Source: Mustelus asterias (lineage: Eukaryota). Taken from it: a stretch of DNA of 64,000 nt. Numbering within the stretch: the first letter of the stretch is position 1; the number at the start of each line of letters is the position of its first letter. The stretch is from positions 3,596,001 through 3,660,000 of the forward strand of contig NC_135820.1 of assembly GCF_964213995.1 (NCBI RefSeq). The letters are read 5' to 3'. Position numbers and translations under genes: made by a program. The notes below the pieces were generated by a model, which saw only the letters and a list, made by a program, of their open reading frames with translations, did no database searches and was not told the origin of the DNA. This document shows positions 24,577-37,569 of this stretch, piece by piece.

Positions 24577-24915
24577 CTAGAACTGTCAAATTCATTGTTT
24601 CTTCATGACTTCCCTGAGGGAATACAATGAGCTCGCACGTATACATTCCCTCATCCTGCATCTGCAAAGACTTTAATAGAATGGATGCATCCAATAGGGA
24701 ATTGTTTCTGAAAACTATCCGACTGGAATCATGTGGATTTGAGTTGTTGACCCCACGCTTATGGTGATATGCAATGAAGGAAGTCTTTTCAGCATCTTTC
24801 TTCCAGGCAATGTGCACCAATGTTGAGTTGTTCCCTGTTCCCTGGCACGGCAGTAGCACCTCCGCCCCAGCAAAAGCAGTGAGGGTCACTTCTGTAACCT
24901 GGTTCCTGGCTGTAA
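24577..24915 (-). CDS. Gene A exon 2, IgV domain (VTARNQVTEV...LPC...W...DEGMYTCELIVFPQG...NLTVL)
   Basis: 339 nt; acceptor cttgttgttcgtgcag, donor CTAG|gtatgt; canonical Cys/Trp/DxGxYxC; (T)FPxG-type FG loop typical of the PVR family. Confidence 0.92.
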
Positions 24916-26589
24916 CTGCACGAACAACAAGCATTGACACCATTAGGAAATACACTGGGAGCCGGTTTACTCTCAATCTGGATCAAACTCCCAACAAAAT
25001 GCTCAAATCCCAAGCAGACACGTCTCAGCAGTTAGAAAGTACTTCAGCAGCCCCCAGCTGATAGCCAACCTGTAAGCAGTGTCAATACACTGGGGCCAGG
25101 CTTAAGCATGTGGCGACACCTGGCTTGCCCGTTGCCTGCTGGGCCCAATATTCAGCCACATTGGCACCAACATCGGGGGGTGATGGCCGAGTGGTATTAT
25201 CACGAGATTATTAATCCAGAAACTCAGCTAATGTTCTGGATTCGAATCCCGCCACGGCAGATGGTGGAATTTGAATTCATTAAAAAATATCAGGAATAAA
25301 GAATTTACAGATGACCATGAAAGCATTGTCGATTGTCGGGAAAACCCATCTGGGTCACGAATGTCCTTTAGGGAAGGAAATCTGCCTTCCTTACTTGGTC
25401 TGGCCTACATGTGACTCCAGAACCACAGCAATGTGGTTGACTCTCAACTACCCTCCAAGAGCAACTAAAGATGGGCAACAAATGCTGGCCAGCCAGCGAT
25501 GCCCATGTCCAAGGAATTCATTACAAAAAACATAACTGAGGTATCAAAGATATGGCTCCCTCCTGTCCCTACTTAGTTGCAGTGGCATGTTGGCGCAGTG
25601 GTTAGCACTGCTGCCTCACAGCACCAGGGACCCAGGTTTGATTCATTGAGCCACAGTCCACACGGAGTCTGCATGTTGTCTGTGTGGGTTTCCTCTGAGT
25701 GCTCCGCTTTCCTCCCACAGTCTGAAAAGCATGCTGGTATATTGGCCATGTTAAATTCTCCCTCAGTGTACCTGAACAGGTGCTGAATTGTGGATTTTCA
25801 TAGAATCATAGAATCCTACAGATCGAAGGAGGCTATTGAGCCCATTTAGTCTGCACAAACCAAAATCCCACCCAGGCCCTATCCCTATAACCCCATGCAT
25901 TTCCCCTAGCTCGTCCCCCTGACTCTAAGGGGCAATTTAGCATGGCCAATCCACCTAACCTGCACACCTTTGGACTGTGGGAGGAAACCGGAGCACCCGG
26001 AGGACACCCACGCGGACATGGGGAGAACATGCAGACTCCACACAGACAGAGACCCAAATCGGGAATCGAACCCGGATCCCTGGCACTGTGAGGTGGCAGT
26101 GCTAACCACTGTGCCACCATGATGCCCCATCAGTTTAACTAGAGAGAAAGGGGAAGGGGAATTTTATCGTCGCTTCATTGCAGTGTTAATATAAGCCGAC
26201 TTGTGACACTAATAAAGAAACTTTAAAATTGCTGAAATTTTAAGTTGTTCACTCTCATTGTTGTGATTAACTTCACAGTTCTTCCTAACCCAGCAGTGTT
26301 ACTTTCTCTGACTTCACCCCATGGTATGTTGCAGCAGTTGGATTCGGATTCTGTATAGTTCCAGATTCCAGTGCAGTTTCAATTCGGAGGTAAATCTATA
26401 ACATCCAGTTTCTCACTGTCCATTATCACAAGAAAGGGACAGTTGAAATTAGATTATTCCGTTCCTCTTTGTTGTATCCCCTTCCTCACTAGTTCAACCA
26501 AAGCAAAGGAATCAAATGTTAAAAAAGAAGAAACTATATTAAAAACAACTCTACGAAAAATAACATGTTAAAAATAACAGCAACAAAGG

Positions 26590-26892
26590 CCGGCACAGTG
26601 CAGAGTGGCTGGCACTGCTGTCTCACAGCGACAGGGACCTGGGTTCGATTCTGGCCTTGGGTCACCGTCTATGTGGAGTCTGCACATTCTCCCCGTGTCT
26701 GCATGAGTTTGCTCCAAGTGCTCCGGTTTCTTCCCACAGTCTGAAAGAGTGCTGGTTAGGTGCATTGCTGTGCTAAATTCTCCCACAGTGTACCTGAACA
26801 GACGCCAGAGTGTGGCGACTAGGGGATTTTCACAGGAACTTCATTGTAGTGTTAGTGTAAGCGTACTTGTGACACGAATAAATAAACTTAAA
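26590..26892 (+). mobile_element. HE1-related SINE variant with a different 3' end (also near 36843, 39090, 46244, 52286, 56896)
   Basis: Same head; tail ggattttcacag(t)aacttcattgcagtgttaatgtaagcctacttgtgacactaataaataaac. Confidence 0.75.
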
Positions 26893-26899
26893 CTTCAAA

Positions 26900-28003
26900 C
26901 TTTCCCTCATAGCTGCAATTTCCCAGTCCTGGGTGACAACATCCTCATAAATCTTCCCTGCACCCTCTTGAGTGAAACTGTATCCTTTCTGTGACAAGGC
27001 AACCAGAACTGTACAAAGCGCTCACATTGTGGCCCAACTAATGTTTTATACAATTCCAGCATAACCTCCCTACTCTTATATTCTGTACCACTGCTAATAA
27101 ATGAAAAGATTCCACGTTCCCTGATCACCTCATCAACCTGTTCTGATGCATTCCAGAATCTGTGGACACTAATAAATAAACATTAAACTTTAAAAACCTT
27201 TTGTTACTCATGGAGTAAAAAGAGGATCAAGAAGGGCCTATGAAGAAACTGATCTGAAAATGGGCAGTGTGAGGTTGGGTAAATATACTGATTCGTGAGA
27301 GGAATGTGAGACAAGTTCAAACACCTACGCAGTGGACTATAATCGACAATAAGGAAACAGGAGAGTTGTTAATGAATGTCTTGTATCCACTTTCACAGCA
27401 GAGCAACCTGAAAGTGAGATCAGGGGCCCAAAGTCAGTGGAGTCATTTGTGTTGAAAGATTAACAGTGGAATAAATCAAGTTTGGGGAATCTCTGTCAGT
27501 TGTAGGGAAGTGGCTGGGATCTATCATTAAGGATAAGCAGCTGTCTAAGTTCATAGTGATCAGTGAGTGCGGGTATGGGTGATTTACACTGTTGGATGTG
27601 TCTGGCGAAGCCTGTGTTGATTGTTATTTGAGGAAGTCACAAATCTCCAGAGAGGAGAATATCGGTGCTACCTGCTGAGTTCACCCAACAGTCATCTGAT
27701 AAACTCCACTCACGAAATTGGAAGGTTATTCAGAAAAAAATGAGGAAGTTGGAGGGGAATAAATAGATAGAAGGAGGAGTAGGCCATTCGGCCCTTCGAG
27801 CCTGCTCCGCCTTTCATTTTGATCATGGCTGATCATCAAATTCAACATCCTGATTCCCTCCCCTTCCCCCCATATCCCTCGATCCTTTAGCCCCAAGAAC
27901 TATGTCTAATTTCATCTTGAAATCAGACGTTTTGGCCTCAACTACTTTCTGTGGTAGTGAATTCCACACATTCACCACACTCTGGGTGAAGAAATTTCTC
28001 CTC
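26900..28003. mobile_element. Mixed degenerate CR1 fragments
   Basis: ORFs 26907-27128 and 27823-28005. Confidence 0.7.
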
Positions 28004-28052
28004 ACCGAGATAGATAGATAGGCTGAGAGAGAGATATGCCGAGAGACGGATA

Positions 28053-28256
28053 NNNNNNNNNNNNNNNNNNNNNNNNNNNNNNNNNNNNNNNNNNNNNNNN
28101 NNNNNNNNNNNNNNNNNNNNNNNNNNNNNNNNNNNNNNNNNNNNNNNNNNNNNNNNNNNNNNNNNNNNNNNNNNNNNNNNNNNNNNNNNNNNNNNNNNNN
28201 NNNNNNNNNNNNNNNNNNNNNNNNNNNNNNNNNNNNNNNNNNNNNNNNNNNNNNNN
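28053..28256. other. Assembly gap (N run)
   Basis: 204 N. Confidence 0.99.
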
Positions 28257-29579
28257 TTGATTGTTCGGGAGATAGGTGAATGGAGAGATCGCTGATGGAT
28301 GAATGGAGGGAAAGAAAAATAGACGGACAGGCACAGAGAGAGATAAGTAGATGGACATGGCAGGCAGATACATAGACAGACAGGCCAGCTACAGATATTA
28401 AATGTCCTCAAGCAAAGAAGTTTAATTCAACGTGAAAATACATGTCATAGCATGGAATCATAGAATCCCTACAGTGCAGAAGGAGGCCATTTGGCCCATC
28501 GAGTCTGCACCAACCACAATCCCACCCAGGCCCTATCCTCATAATTCCACTTACTTACTCTGCCAGTCCTGCTGACACTAAGGGGCAATTTACTAAGGCC
28601 AATCCACCTAACCCGCACACCTTTCGGACTGTGGGAGGAAACCGGAACGCTGGGAGGAAACCCACGCAGACACGGGGAGAACATAGAAACACCAAACAGA
28701 CAGTGACCCAAACCAGGAATTGAATCCGATTCCTTGGCGCTGTGAGGCAGCAGTGCTAACCACTGTGCCACCGTGCCGCTGAAATGTCACCCCTAGCTGC
28801 TGGGTTGTTCAGCACAGGCTCCCGGTGAGTTCCCGCCTGAACCTTCCCTCCTTGTGTGGATGGCCCACCTCTCGTGGACTGACACCAGCAGTGAAAGAGT
28901 TTGAGAATGGAACACTCGATGGCAGCATCCTCCTAAAGCTGATGTCCTTGCCCAGGTGCAAATGCAATGGCATTTTTAAAAATAAATTGACACATGAAGG
29001 GGTCCCAAGCCTCAATCTGCCAGCCGACCCTTTCCCCTGAATGATTCATCCGATCCCCAAGGACTGTCGCATGTTCGTTCTGAGCAGATCACGTCCCGAG
29101 CAACACTGTCAGAGATGTCACCGAGCTTGCATTGAAAAGACTGCACCATCGTCACACAAGAATATCTATCCTTTTATGAAATGATTAAATGCCTCTGAAC
29201 CGCACTTCCCTATTTTGTCTATTTTAGTTATCAGTGAATATAACCTTCTCCTTATTGGCAACACGTCTCATCCGCATGGCCATGACTGAATGAGGTTTGG
29301 GAAAAGTGATCTATCTGCAGCATATATATCCATACCGTTTTGTACAGGGCGGATCTACAAATTACATGATATACCCCCCACATCCTCCACCCAACCCCAA
29401 CCCCCTCACCCCCCCGCCACGCCACCCTCCACCTCCCACCCCCCCATTAACAAAGGGGAAGTAAGGAGATAGAAGTATATTTAGGAAGTGGCGTGGTAAT
29501 GCTAAAATGGCTGAGTAAGTTGAAAGAATCTCAGAATCCTACAGTGCAGAAGGAGGCCATTCGGCCCATCGAGCCTGCT

Positions 29580-30305
29580 CCGAAGAACAAAGGGACTTTG
29601 GCGTGTTTGGCCATAGGTCTCTGAAGGTGGAAAGGCAGGTTAATAGGGTGGTGAAAAAGGCATAGGGCACACTCGCCTTTACCAATCGGGGTATAGATTA
29701 CAGAAGCAGAGAGGTCATGATGGAGTTGTATAGAACTTTGGTCCACAGCTGGAGGACTGTGTGCAGTTCTGATCACCACATTACAGGAAGCATTTGAACA
29801 CAGTGGAAGGGGTGCAGAGGAGATTCACCCGGATGCTGCCTGGGATGGAACATTTAAGCTAGGAAGAGAGGTTGGATAGACTTGGGTTGTTTTCTCTGGA
29901 GCAGAGAAGACTGAGGGGTGACCTGATTACGATGTTCAAAATTATGAGGGGCATGGACAGGGTGGATAGGGAACAACTGTTCCCTTTAGTTGAAGGGTCA
30001 GTTATGAGAGGACACAAGTTAAAAGTGAGGGGTGGGAGGCTTAAGGGGAATTTGAGGAAAATCCTTTTGACCCAGAGGGTGGTGATGGTCTGGAATGTGT
30101 TGCCTGTGAGGGTGGTGGAGGTGGGATGCCTCAAATCCTTTAAAAAGTACCTGGGTGAGTCCTTGGCATGCCATAACATTCAAGGCTACGGGCCAAGTGC
30201 TGGCAAGTGGGATTAAGTGGGCAGGCCGGGGCATTTCATGCGTCAGTGAAGACTCAATGGGTCGAAGGGCTACTTCTGCACTGTAGTATTCTGTGATTCT
30301 GTGAT
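29580..30305 (+). mobile_element. CR1 3' fragment
   Basis: ORF 29872-30216 (LGLFSLEQRRLRGDLI...RGHKLK) and 3' tail. Confidence 0.85.
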
Positions 30306-30754
30306 TCTGTGCACGGACAACAATCCCAGCCTGGCTCCATCCCCGTAACCCCAAATATTTACCCTGTTAACCCCCCTGACACTCAGGGTAAATTTAGCAT
30401 GGACAATCCACCTAACCAACACATCTTTGGAGTGTGGGAGGAAACCGGAGCACCCGGAGGAAACCCACGCAGACACGGGGAGAATGTGCAGATTCCGCAC
30501 AGACAGTGACCCGAGGCCAGCATTGAACCCGGGTCCCTGGCGCTGTGAGGCAGCAGTGCTAACCGCTGTGCCACTGCATCGCCCCTATTTGAAAGTACGG
30601 AGAGTGAGGGGGGGTGTACAAAGAGAGCGACTTCTTCACATAAACCTTTGTGAGCTAAATTTATGAATCTGTTCATTAGAATAGAGTCCCTGAGCTTTAG
30701 AAAAACATTCAGTTATTGCTAACACTTATAAACACTGCCACCACAGCTGGGTAC

Positions 30755-30940
30755 TGGCTGAGATTCTCCAGCCTCCCAGCCGTGTGTTTCCCGCAGACGG
30801 GAGGTGGCGCACTGTTTGCTAGCGGCAGAATTCCCATTGACGTTGCCCCCCCGACACCAGCAGGAAACCCGTGGGAGGGGCTGCGCTGCTGGCGGGACTG
30901 GAGAATCCCACCGGTCTGAACAGCCGGAGAATTCTGGTCA
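30755..30940. mobile_element. MITE-like element, second family (related at about 44200-44350, 47508-47745, 32920-33070)
   Basis: Inverted ends tggctgagattctcc ... ggagaattctggtca. Confidence 0.55.
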
Positions 30941-33144
30941 CTGAGTCCAATTCTGGCTCCTGCACTTTAGGAAGGAGGTCAAGGCTTCAGAGAGGGTGCG
31001 GAGGAGATTAAACTGAGTGGTCCCAGGGAGTGGGGACTTCATTTAATATTGGAGAGACGGGGAGAATCTGGGATTGTTCTCCTCGGTGCAGAGAAGGTTA
31101 AGGGGGAGATTGAATCGAGGCGTTCAAAATCATGAGGTGCCATGGTGACATAATGGTTAGCACTGCTGCCTCACAGCGTCAGGGACCCGGGTTCAAATCC
31201 AGCCTGGGGTCACTGTCTGTGTGAAGGTGGCACGTTCTCCCCGTGTCTGTGTTGGTTTCCTCCGGGTGCTCTGGTTTCCTCTCACAGTCTGAAGGATGTA
31301 TGGGTTACGTTGATTGTCCATGGTAAATTGACCCTAGTGTCAGGGCAATTAGCAGGGTAAATGTGTGCGGTTAAGGAGGGGATAGAGCCTGAGTGGGATT
31401 GTGGAATGGGCTCCTTCTGTACTCTCGGGATTCGATAGGATAGAGTGCATGAGAGGAAAGTATTTCCAGTGACAGGAGGGTGGGTAACCAGAGGGGGACA
31501 CAGATTGAAGAGAATCAGGAAAAGAACCAGGGGGGAGATGAGGAGAATTTGTATTTTAACACAGAAAATTGGGATCTGGAAGGTGCTGCCTGAAGGGGCG
31601 GTGGAAGCAGATTCAAGAGGAACTTTCAAAAAGGGGGAATTGGGGAAATACTTGGAAAGTATTACAGGGAACAAACGTGGGAGTTTGGGAATCAGGAGTA
31701 GGCCTTTCATTCCTTGCAGCCTGCTTTGCCATTCGATAAGATGGCGGCTGATCTGAGCGTGTCTCAGTTCCACTCCCCTCTCTGGCCCTTTCTTCCGCCC
31801 ATCAGTGAAAAATCAGTGTAACTCAGCCTTCAATATCTTCAGTGACCCACAGCCCAGACTGTGCTCTGTGATCAGCCGCCCCCTGAGAGAATCATAGAAA
31901 CCCGACACTGCAGAAGGAGGCGATTCGGCCCATTGAGTCTGTACTGACCACAATCCCACCCAGTCCCTATTCCCGTAATCCCACATATTTACCCTGCTAA
32001 CCCCCCGACACAAAGGAGCAATTTAGCACGGCCAATCAACCTAACCCACACATCTTTGGAGTGTGGGAGGGAACCGGAGCCCCCAGAGGAAACTCACGCA
32101 GACTCTGCACAGACAGTGACCCAAGGCTGGAATTGAACCTGGGTTCCTTGTGCTGTGAGGCAGCAGTGCTCACCACTGTGCCAGCGTGCCGCCTCATCTC
32201 CTCACATCCTCATCTCCGAATTAAATGGGAGATCTCCCATTCTGAAACCTTAACCCCTGGTTCTTGTCTCCCACAACATTGTAAACATCCTCCCTCTCAA
32301 ATCCCACTCTGAACCTTTGTTTCAATAAGATCGCCGCTCATTCTTCTGTGCCTCGATACGTGGACGAGAAGTGCAGCATCCCGGGCTTGGTGTCTGCCTC
32401 TAGGAGTTGTTCTAATCAACTGCAAGCACTTCTCCGCTACGCCCCCGGAATGTGGGATTTCCCAATCCCACCTTCCCTACCTGAAATTTCCACCAGGAAT
32501 CAACGAACCTTTCAGTGGTCCCTGAAATTGTCCTCCCCGCCAGCGACATACTGTGTTCTGTGGAATAACACTTCCAAGTGTGGCACGGTGGCACAGTGAT
32601 TGGCGTACACTGCCTCACAGCGCCAGGAGCCCGGTTCAATTCCGGCCTCGGGTCACTGTCTGTGTGGAATCCGTACGTTCTCCCCATGTCTGCGTGGATT
32701 TCCTCTGGGTTCTCCGGTTTCCTCCCACATTCCAAAGATGTGCGGGTTAGGCTGATTGGCTGTGCTAAATTGACCCTAGTGTCAGGGATTAGCAGGGTAA
32801 ATGTGTGCGTTTGTGGCAATAGTGCCTTGGTGGAATTGTGGTCGGTACAGACTCGATGGGCCGAATGACCTCCTCTGTATTGTAGGGATTCTATGATTCT
32901 ATGACAGTTGGGCTACAGGTGGGCGGGACTGGAAAATTTACACTTTTTATGTCCCGGGGAGTCGCGCAGTGCAGTCTAGTCCGGATGAAGGTGACCCTGT
33001 CCCCTCCTCCCACCCCACGGGTGAGCCACATAAAATACCTAACCATCGGCGGGACTGGAAAATCCCACAATGTGCGCAGTTACACTAAAAGAAGCAAAGT
33101 TGAACAACCCCCACCGATTTAATACATCGACTTTTCTTTTTACT

Positions 33145-33154
33145 GGAATTCCCC
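33145..33154 (-). promoter_or_regulatory. NF-kB-type site GGGGAATTCC in gene A intron 1
   Basis: Matches GGGRNWYYCC about 110 nt into intron 1; motif match only. Confidence 0.2.
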
Positions 33155-33266
33155 CCGAGGATTGTTCAGCTCCACAGAAAATGTTTTACTCTTTTTTTCA
33201 GAGGAGCATTTCTTCAAAGAAAGGCAAATATCAGCTTGCGTAAATCATGTGGAACCTGAACCTTAC

Positions 33267-33318
33267 CAGACAGGAGAAAGCCAATGCAAACGGTGGGAGC
33301 CCACGCCAGTGAAATCAT
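33267..33318 (-). CDS. Gene A exon 1, signal peptide MISLAWAPTVCIGFLLS(V)
   Basis: ATG in AACATGA context, hydrophobic 17-mer, strong phase-1 donor TCTG|gtaagg; G+TT gives Val in frame with the IgV exon. Confidence 0.75.
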
Positions 33319-33854
33319 GTTGAAAAAGCCACCTTCCTTCTATCCGGGAGTCAAAAACAAGAGGCTGCTTTCCCAGCGGACTATCCAACCAACAAGTGCA
33401 ATGATCTCTGTGGCAATTTATAGCTAGAAGTAGAGGAAATCCTCACAAAAAGTGCAGCGACGCCCATGCTTTTCCTCTCTCTCACCACGTCTTTGCTCAC
33501 ACTAAGATTGCGGTTTCTTGGCCAGAGCTGTGCCAGCTCTTTTTATTTACAGCTCTTGCACCTTCCTCCCCAGTGGAGGGACTGGTGGCCCATTGTACCA
33601 GCAGGGGATGTGGATGAGCCGCTTGCACCTCCCTGCTCCAGAAGGAAGGCGAGGCCACACTGCAGGTCCCAGGATTGTGTGGGTCCAGTCTGCAACACGC
33701 CAGGGACAAATATATTTTAGCTGTTGCCTTGCTTGATGCTCTGTTGCTGTTACAGGGTGAGGTGGGTCCATGGAGCATGCAGGGTATTGATTTTGGGGAC
33801 AATATTTGGAATCCCACCACAGCGGATGGTTAAATTTGAATCCAGGAAAAATCC

Positions 33855-34616
33855 ATCAACCTTTGTGTCATCCGCAAACTTACTAATCAATCCAGTTACA
33901 TTTTCCTCCAAATCATTTATATATATTACAAACAGCTAAGGTCCCAGTACTGATCCCTGAGGAACACCACTTGTCACAGCCCTCCATTCAGAAACGCACC
34001 CTTCCACTGCTACCCTCTGTCTTCTTTGACTGAGCCAGTTTTGTATCCACCTTGTCAGCTCACCTCTGATTCCATGCGACTTCACCTTGGAACCATAGAA
34101 CCATAGAAAATTACAGCTCAGAAACAGGCCTTTTGGCACTTCTTGTCTGTGCCGAACCATTTTATGCCGAGTCCCACTGACCTGCACTTGGACCATATCC
34201 CTCCACACCCCTCTCATCCATGAACCCGTCCAAGTTTTTCTTAAATGTTAAAAGTGACCCCACATTTACCACTTTATCCGGCAGCTCATTCCACACTCCC
34301 ACCACTCTCTGCGTGAAGAAGCCCCCCCTAATATTCCCTTTAAACTTTTCTCCTTTCACCCTTAACCCATGCCCTCTGGTTTTTATCTCCCCTAGCCTCA
34401 GCAGAAAAAGCCTGCTTGCATTCACTCTATCTATACCCATCAAAATCTTATACACCTCTATCAAATCTCCCCTCATTCTTCTACGCTCCAGGGAATAAAG
34501 TCCCAACCTATTCAATCTCTCTCTGTAACTCAGCTTCTCAAGTCCCGGCAACATCTGCACCAGTCTGCCATGAGGGACCTTGTCAAAGCCCTTACTGAAG
34601 TCCATGTAGACAACAT
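33855..34616 (-). mobile_element. Nested CR1 fragments
   Basis: ORFs 33936-34217 and 34162-34605 contain chimeric RT pieces. Confidence 0.8.
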
Positions 34617-34623
34617 GGACAAC

Positions 34624-36176
34624 AATTGCCTCTTAGTGTCCAAAGACGCGTAGGTTGGTGGATTGGCCATGATAAATTGCCCCTTAGTGTCCAAGAGATG
34701 TGAAGGTTAGGTGGATTGGCCATGCTAAATTGCCCTTCGTGTACAAAGATGTGCAGGAAAGGCGAATTGGTCATGCTAAGTTGTCAATAAGTAACCAAAG
34801 CTGTGCAGGTTAGGTGGATTGGTCATGTTATGTTGTCCTAAGTATCCAAAGATATGCAGGTAAGATGGATTGACCACACAAAATTGCTCCTTCGTGTCCA
34901 AAGATATGTACATTAGGTGGATTGACCATGCTAAATTGTCCCTGGGTGTCCAAAGATGTGCACGTTATGTGGATTGGCCATGTTGAGTTGCCATTCAGTG
35001 TCCAGAGCTGTGCAGGTTAGGTTGCTGGCCATGTTCAATTGCCCTTCAGTGTTCAAAGATGTGCAGGGAAGGTGGATTGGCCATGTTAAATTGCCCCCTA
35101 GTGTCCAGAGATGTGCAGGTGAGGTGGATTGGCAATGCTAAATTAACCCTTACTGTCCAAAGATATTCAGGGTAGGTGGATTAGTCATGCTAAATTTCCC
35201 CTTTGTGTCCAAAGATGTGCACGTTAGGTGGATTGGCCATGCTAAATTGCTCCTTAGTGATCAAAGATGTGCAGATTATGTGGATTGACAATGCTAAATT
35301 ACCTCTTAGTGTCCAAGGATGTTCAGGGTAGGTGGATTAGTCAGACTAAATTGTTCCTTCGTGTCTAAAGAAGTGCAGGTTAGGTGGATTGGCAATGCGA
35401 AAATGCAGCTCACTGTCCAAAGAAGTGAAGGTTAGGTGAATTGATCATGCTAAATTGGCCCTTCGTGTTCAAAGATGTGCAGGTTATGTGGCTTGGCCAT
35501 GTTAAGTTGCCCCTTACTGTCCAGAGATGTACACGTTAGTTGGGTTGGCCATGCTAAATTGACCCTTCGTGTCCAAAAATATGCAGGTTAGGTGGATTGA
35601 TCATGCTAAGTTGGCACTGAGTAACAAAAGATGTGCAGGTTAGATGGATTGGCCATGCTAAATTGACCCTTAGAGTCCAAAGAAGCACAGGTTTGATGGG
35701 TTGGCCATGCTAAATTGCTCCATAGTTTCCAAAGATGTGCAGGTTATGTGGGTTGATCATGCAAAATTGCCCCTTAATGTCCAAAGATGTGCAGGAAAGG
35801 TGGATTGGTCATGCTAAGTTGTCACGAAGTAACCAAAGATGTGCAGGTTAGGTGGATTGGCCATGCTAAATTGCCCCTTAGTGTCCAATGATGTGCAGTT
35901 TAGGTGCATTGGCCATGTTAAATGGCCCCTTAGTATCCAGAGATGTGCAGGGAAGGTTGTTTGGCCATGCTAATTGCTCTTTAGTGTTCAATGATATGCA
36001 GGTTAGATGTATTGGCCATGCAAATTGCCTCTTTGTGTCCAAACAAGTGCAGGTTAAGTGGATTGGCCAAGCTAAATTGCTCCTTATTGTGCATAGATGT
36101 GCAGGTTAGGTTGATTGGCCATGCCAAATTTCCCCTCACTCTCCAAAGATGTGTCGGTTAGGTGGATTGATCATGG
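34624..36176 (+). repeat. Minisatellite of about 30 diverged 52-bp units derived from the HE1 SINE internal tandem unit
   Basis: Unit gtccaaagatgtgcaggttaggtggattggccatgctaaattgccccttagt; followed by a SINE 3' end to about 36290. Confidence 0.92.
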
Positions 36177-37569
36177 TAAGTGAGCAGGGTTATGGCGATA
36201 GGTTTGTCGGTTGTGCCTCTTTTTCAAACATTTGGTGAAGACTCAATGTGCCGAATGGGCTATTTTCACAATAGTAGGGACGCTATGGCTCATACCTGCT
36301 CTGGTCAAGAAGGTGACTCCAGACACACAGCAATGCGGTTGACTCTCAACTGCCCCTCTGAAATGGCCGTTCATTTCCGGGGTAATTAGGGATGGGAAAT
36401 AAGCGTCAACAAAACAAGTCAACTAAATTGCAGAATGTTTTTTCTGGTTAAAGCTGCGGCTGAGCTTTGTCCTTCCTCATTCCTCTGTGGGGAGATTTGG
36501 ATTTCCTCACCAACGCTCTTGCCTCAGCATCAGTTTCGTTTCTGACCCCAAAACAGTTCTGCTCCAGGGGAGGGGAAAATGGACCCACTATTTCAGGAGC
36601 TCGTGGTTGGTGGCATTAAACATTCTAAACGTTGTTGATTGTCAGAAAAACCACATTTGGTTCACTCATGTCCCTTCAGGGAAGAAACCTGCCATTCTTA
36701 CGTGGTCTGGCCTACATGTGGCTCCAGAGCCACAGCAATGTAGTTGACTCTCAACTGTCCTCTGGCCAAGGGCAACTAGGGATGGGCAATAAATGCTGGC
36801 CAGCCAGCAATGCACAGGTCCCACAGATGAAGAAAAAAACCCCGAGTTACCACACTCTGGCACCTGTTCGGGTACACTGAGGGAGAATTTAGCACGGTCA
36901 ATGCACCTAACTAGCACGTCTTTCGGACTGTGGGAGGAAACCGGAGCACCCAAAGGAAACCCACACAGACACAGGGAGAATGTGCAGACTCCTCACCGAC
37001 AGTGACCCAAGGCTGGGAATCGAACCCAGGTCTCTGGCGCTGTGAGGCAGCAGTGCTAACCACTGTGTCGCTGGAATGACACAGAATGGGGTGGAGGGAG
37101 TGAGGGATCTTGGACTGCATGCCCACAGATCCCGGATTGCATCAGGACAGGTTGATGAGGTGTTTGGGGAACATGGAATCCTTTCATTTATTAGGAGTGG
37201 TACAGAAGGCGGAGGCGATGGCCTACTGGTATCATGGTGAGATTATTAATCCAGAAACTCAGCGAATGTATTGGGGACCCAGGTTCAAATCCCGCCACGG
37301 CAGATGGTAGAATTTGAGTTCAATTAAAAATATCTGGAACTAAGAATCTACTGGTGAAATCATTGTTAATTTTTCTGAAAAACCCATCTGGTTCACTAAT
37401 GCCCTTAAGGGGAGGAAATCTGCCATCCTTACCCGGTCTGACCTACATGTGACACCAGAGCCACAGCAATGTGGTTGACTCTCAACTACCCTCCAAGGGC
37501 AACTAGGGATGGGCAATAAATGCTGGCCAGCCAGCAACGCCCATGTCCCACAAATGAATATTTAAAAAA

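Larger units (their letters stand above)
1665..33318 (-). other. Gene A: PVR/nectin-family type I membrane receptor (SP-IgV-IgC-IgC-TM-cytoplasmic YxN + ITIM), 9 predicted coding exons
   Basis: Exons 33318-33267, 24915-24577, 17924-17631, 11939-11837, 8480-8341, 7725-7612, 4310-4267 and 2837-2748 join in one open frame (1176 nt = 392 aa) with GT-AG sites and intron phases 1,1,1,2,1,1,0,0. Splitting the third Ig domain with a phase-2 intron after the W is the PVR/nectin exon pattern. The terminal exon is less certain. Confidence 0.85.

Noticed and set aside
33466-33720. Divergent ORF MLFLSLTTSLL... as gene B signal exon
   Set aside because: No suitable phase-1 donor after the hydrophobic stretch and no similarity to gene A exon 1
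34624-36176. CRISPR-like regular repeat array (also 59448-60165)
   Set aside because: Head-to-tail units without unique spacers, derived from a SINE, in eukaryotic context with no cas genes
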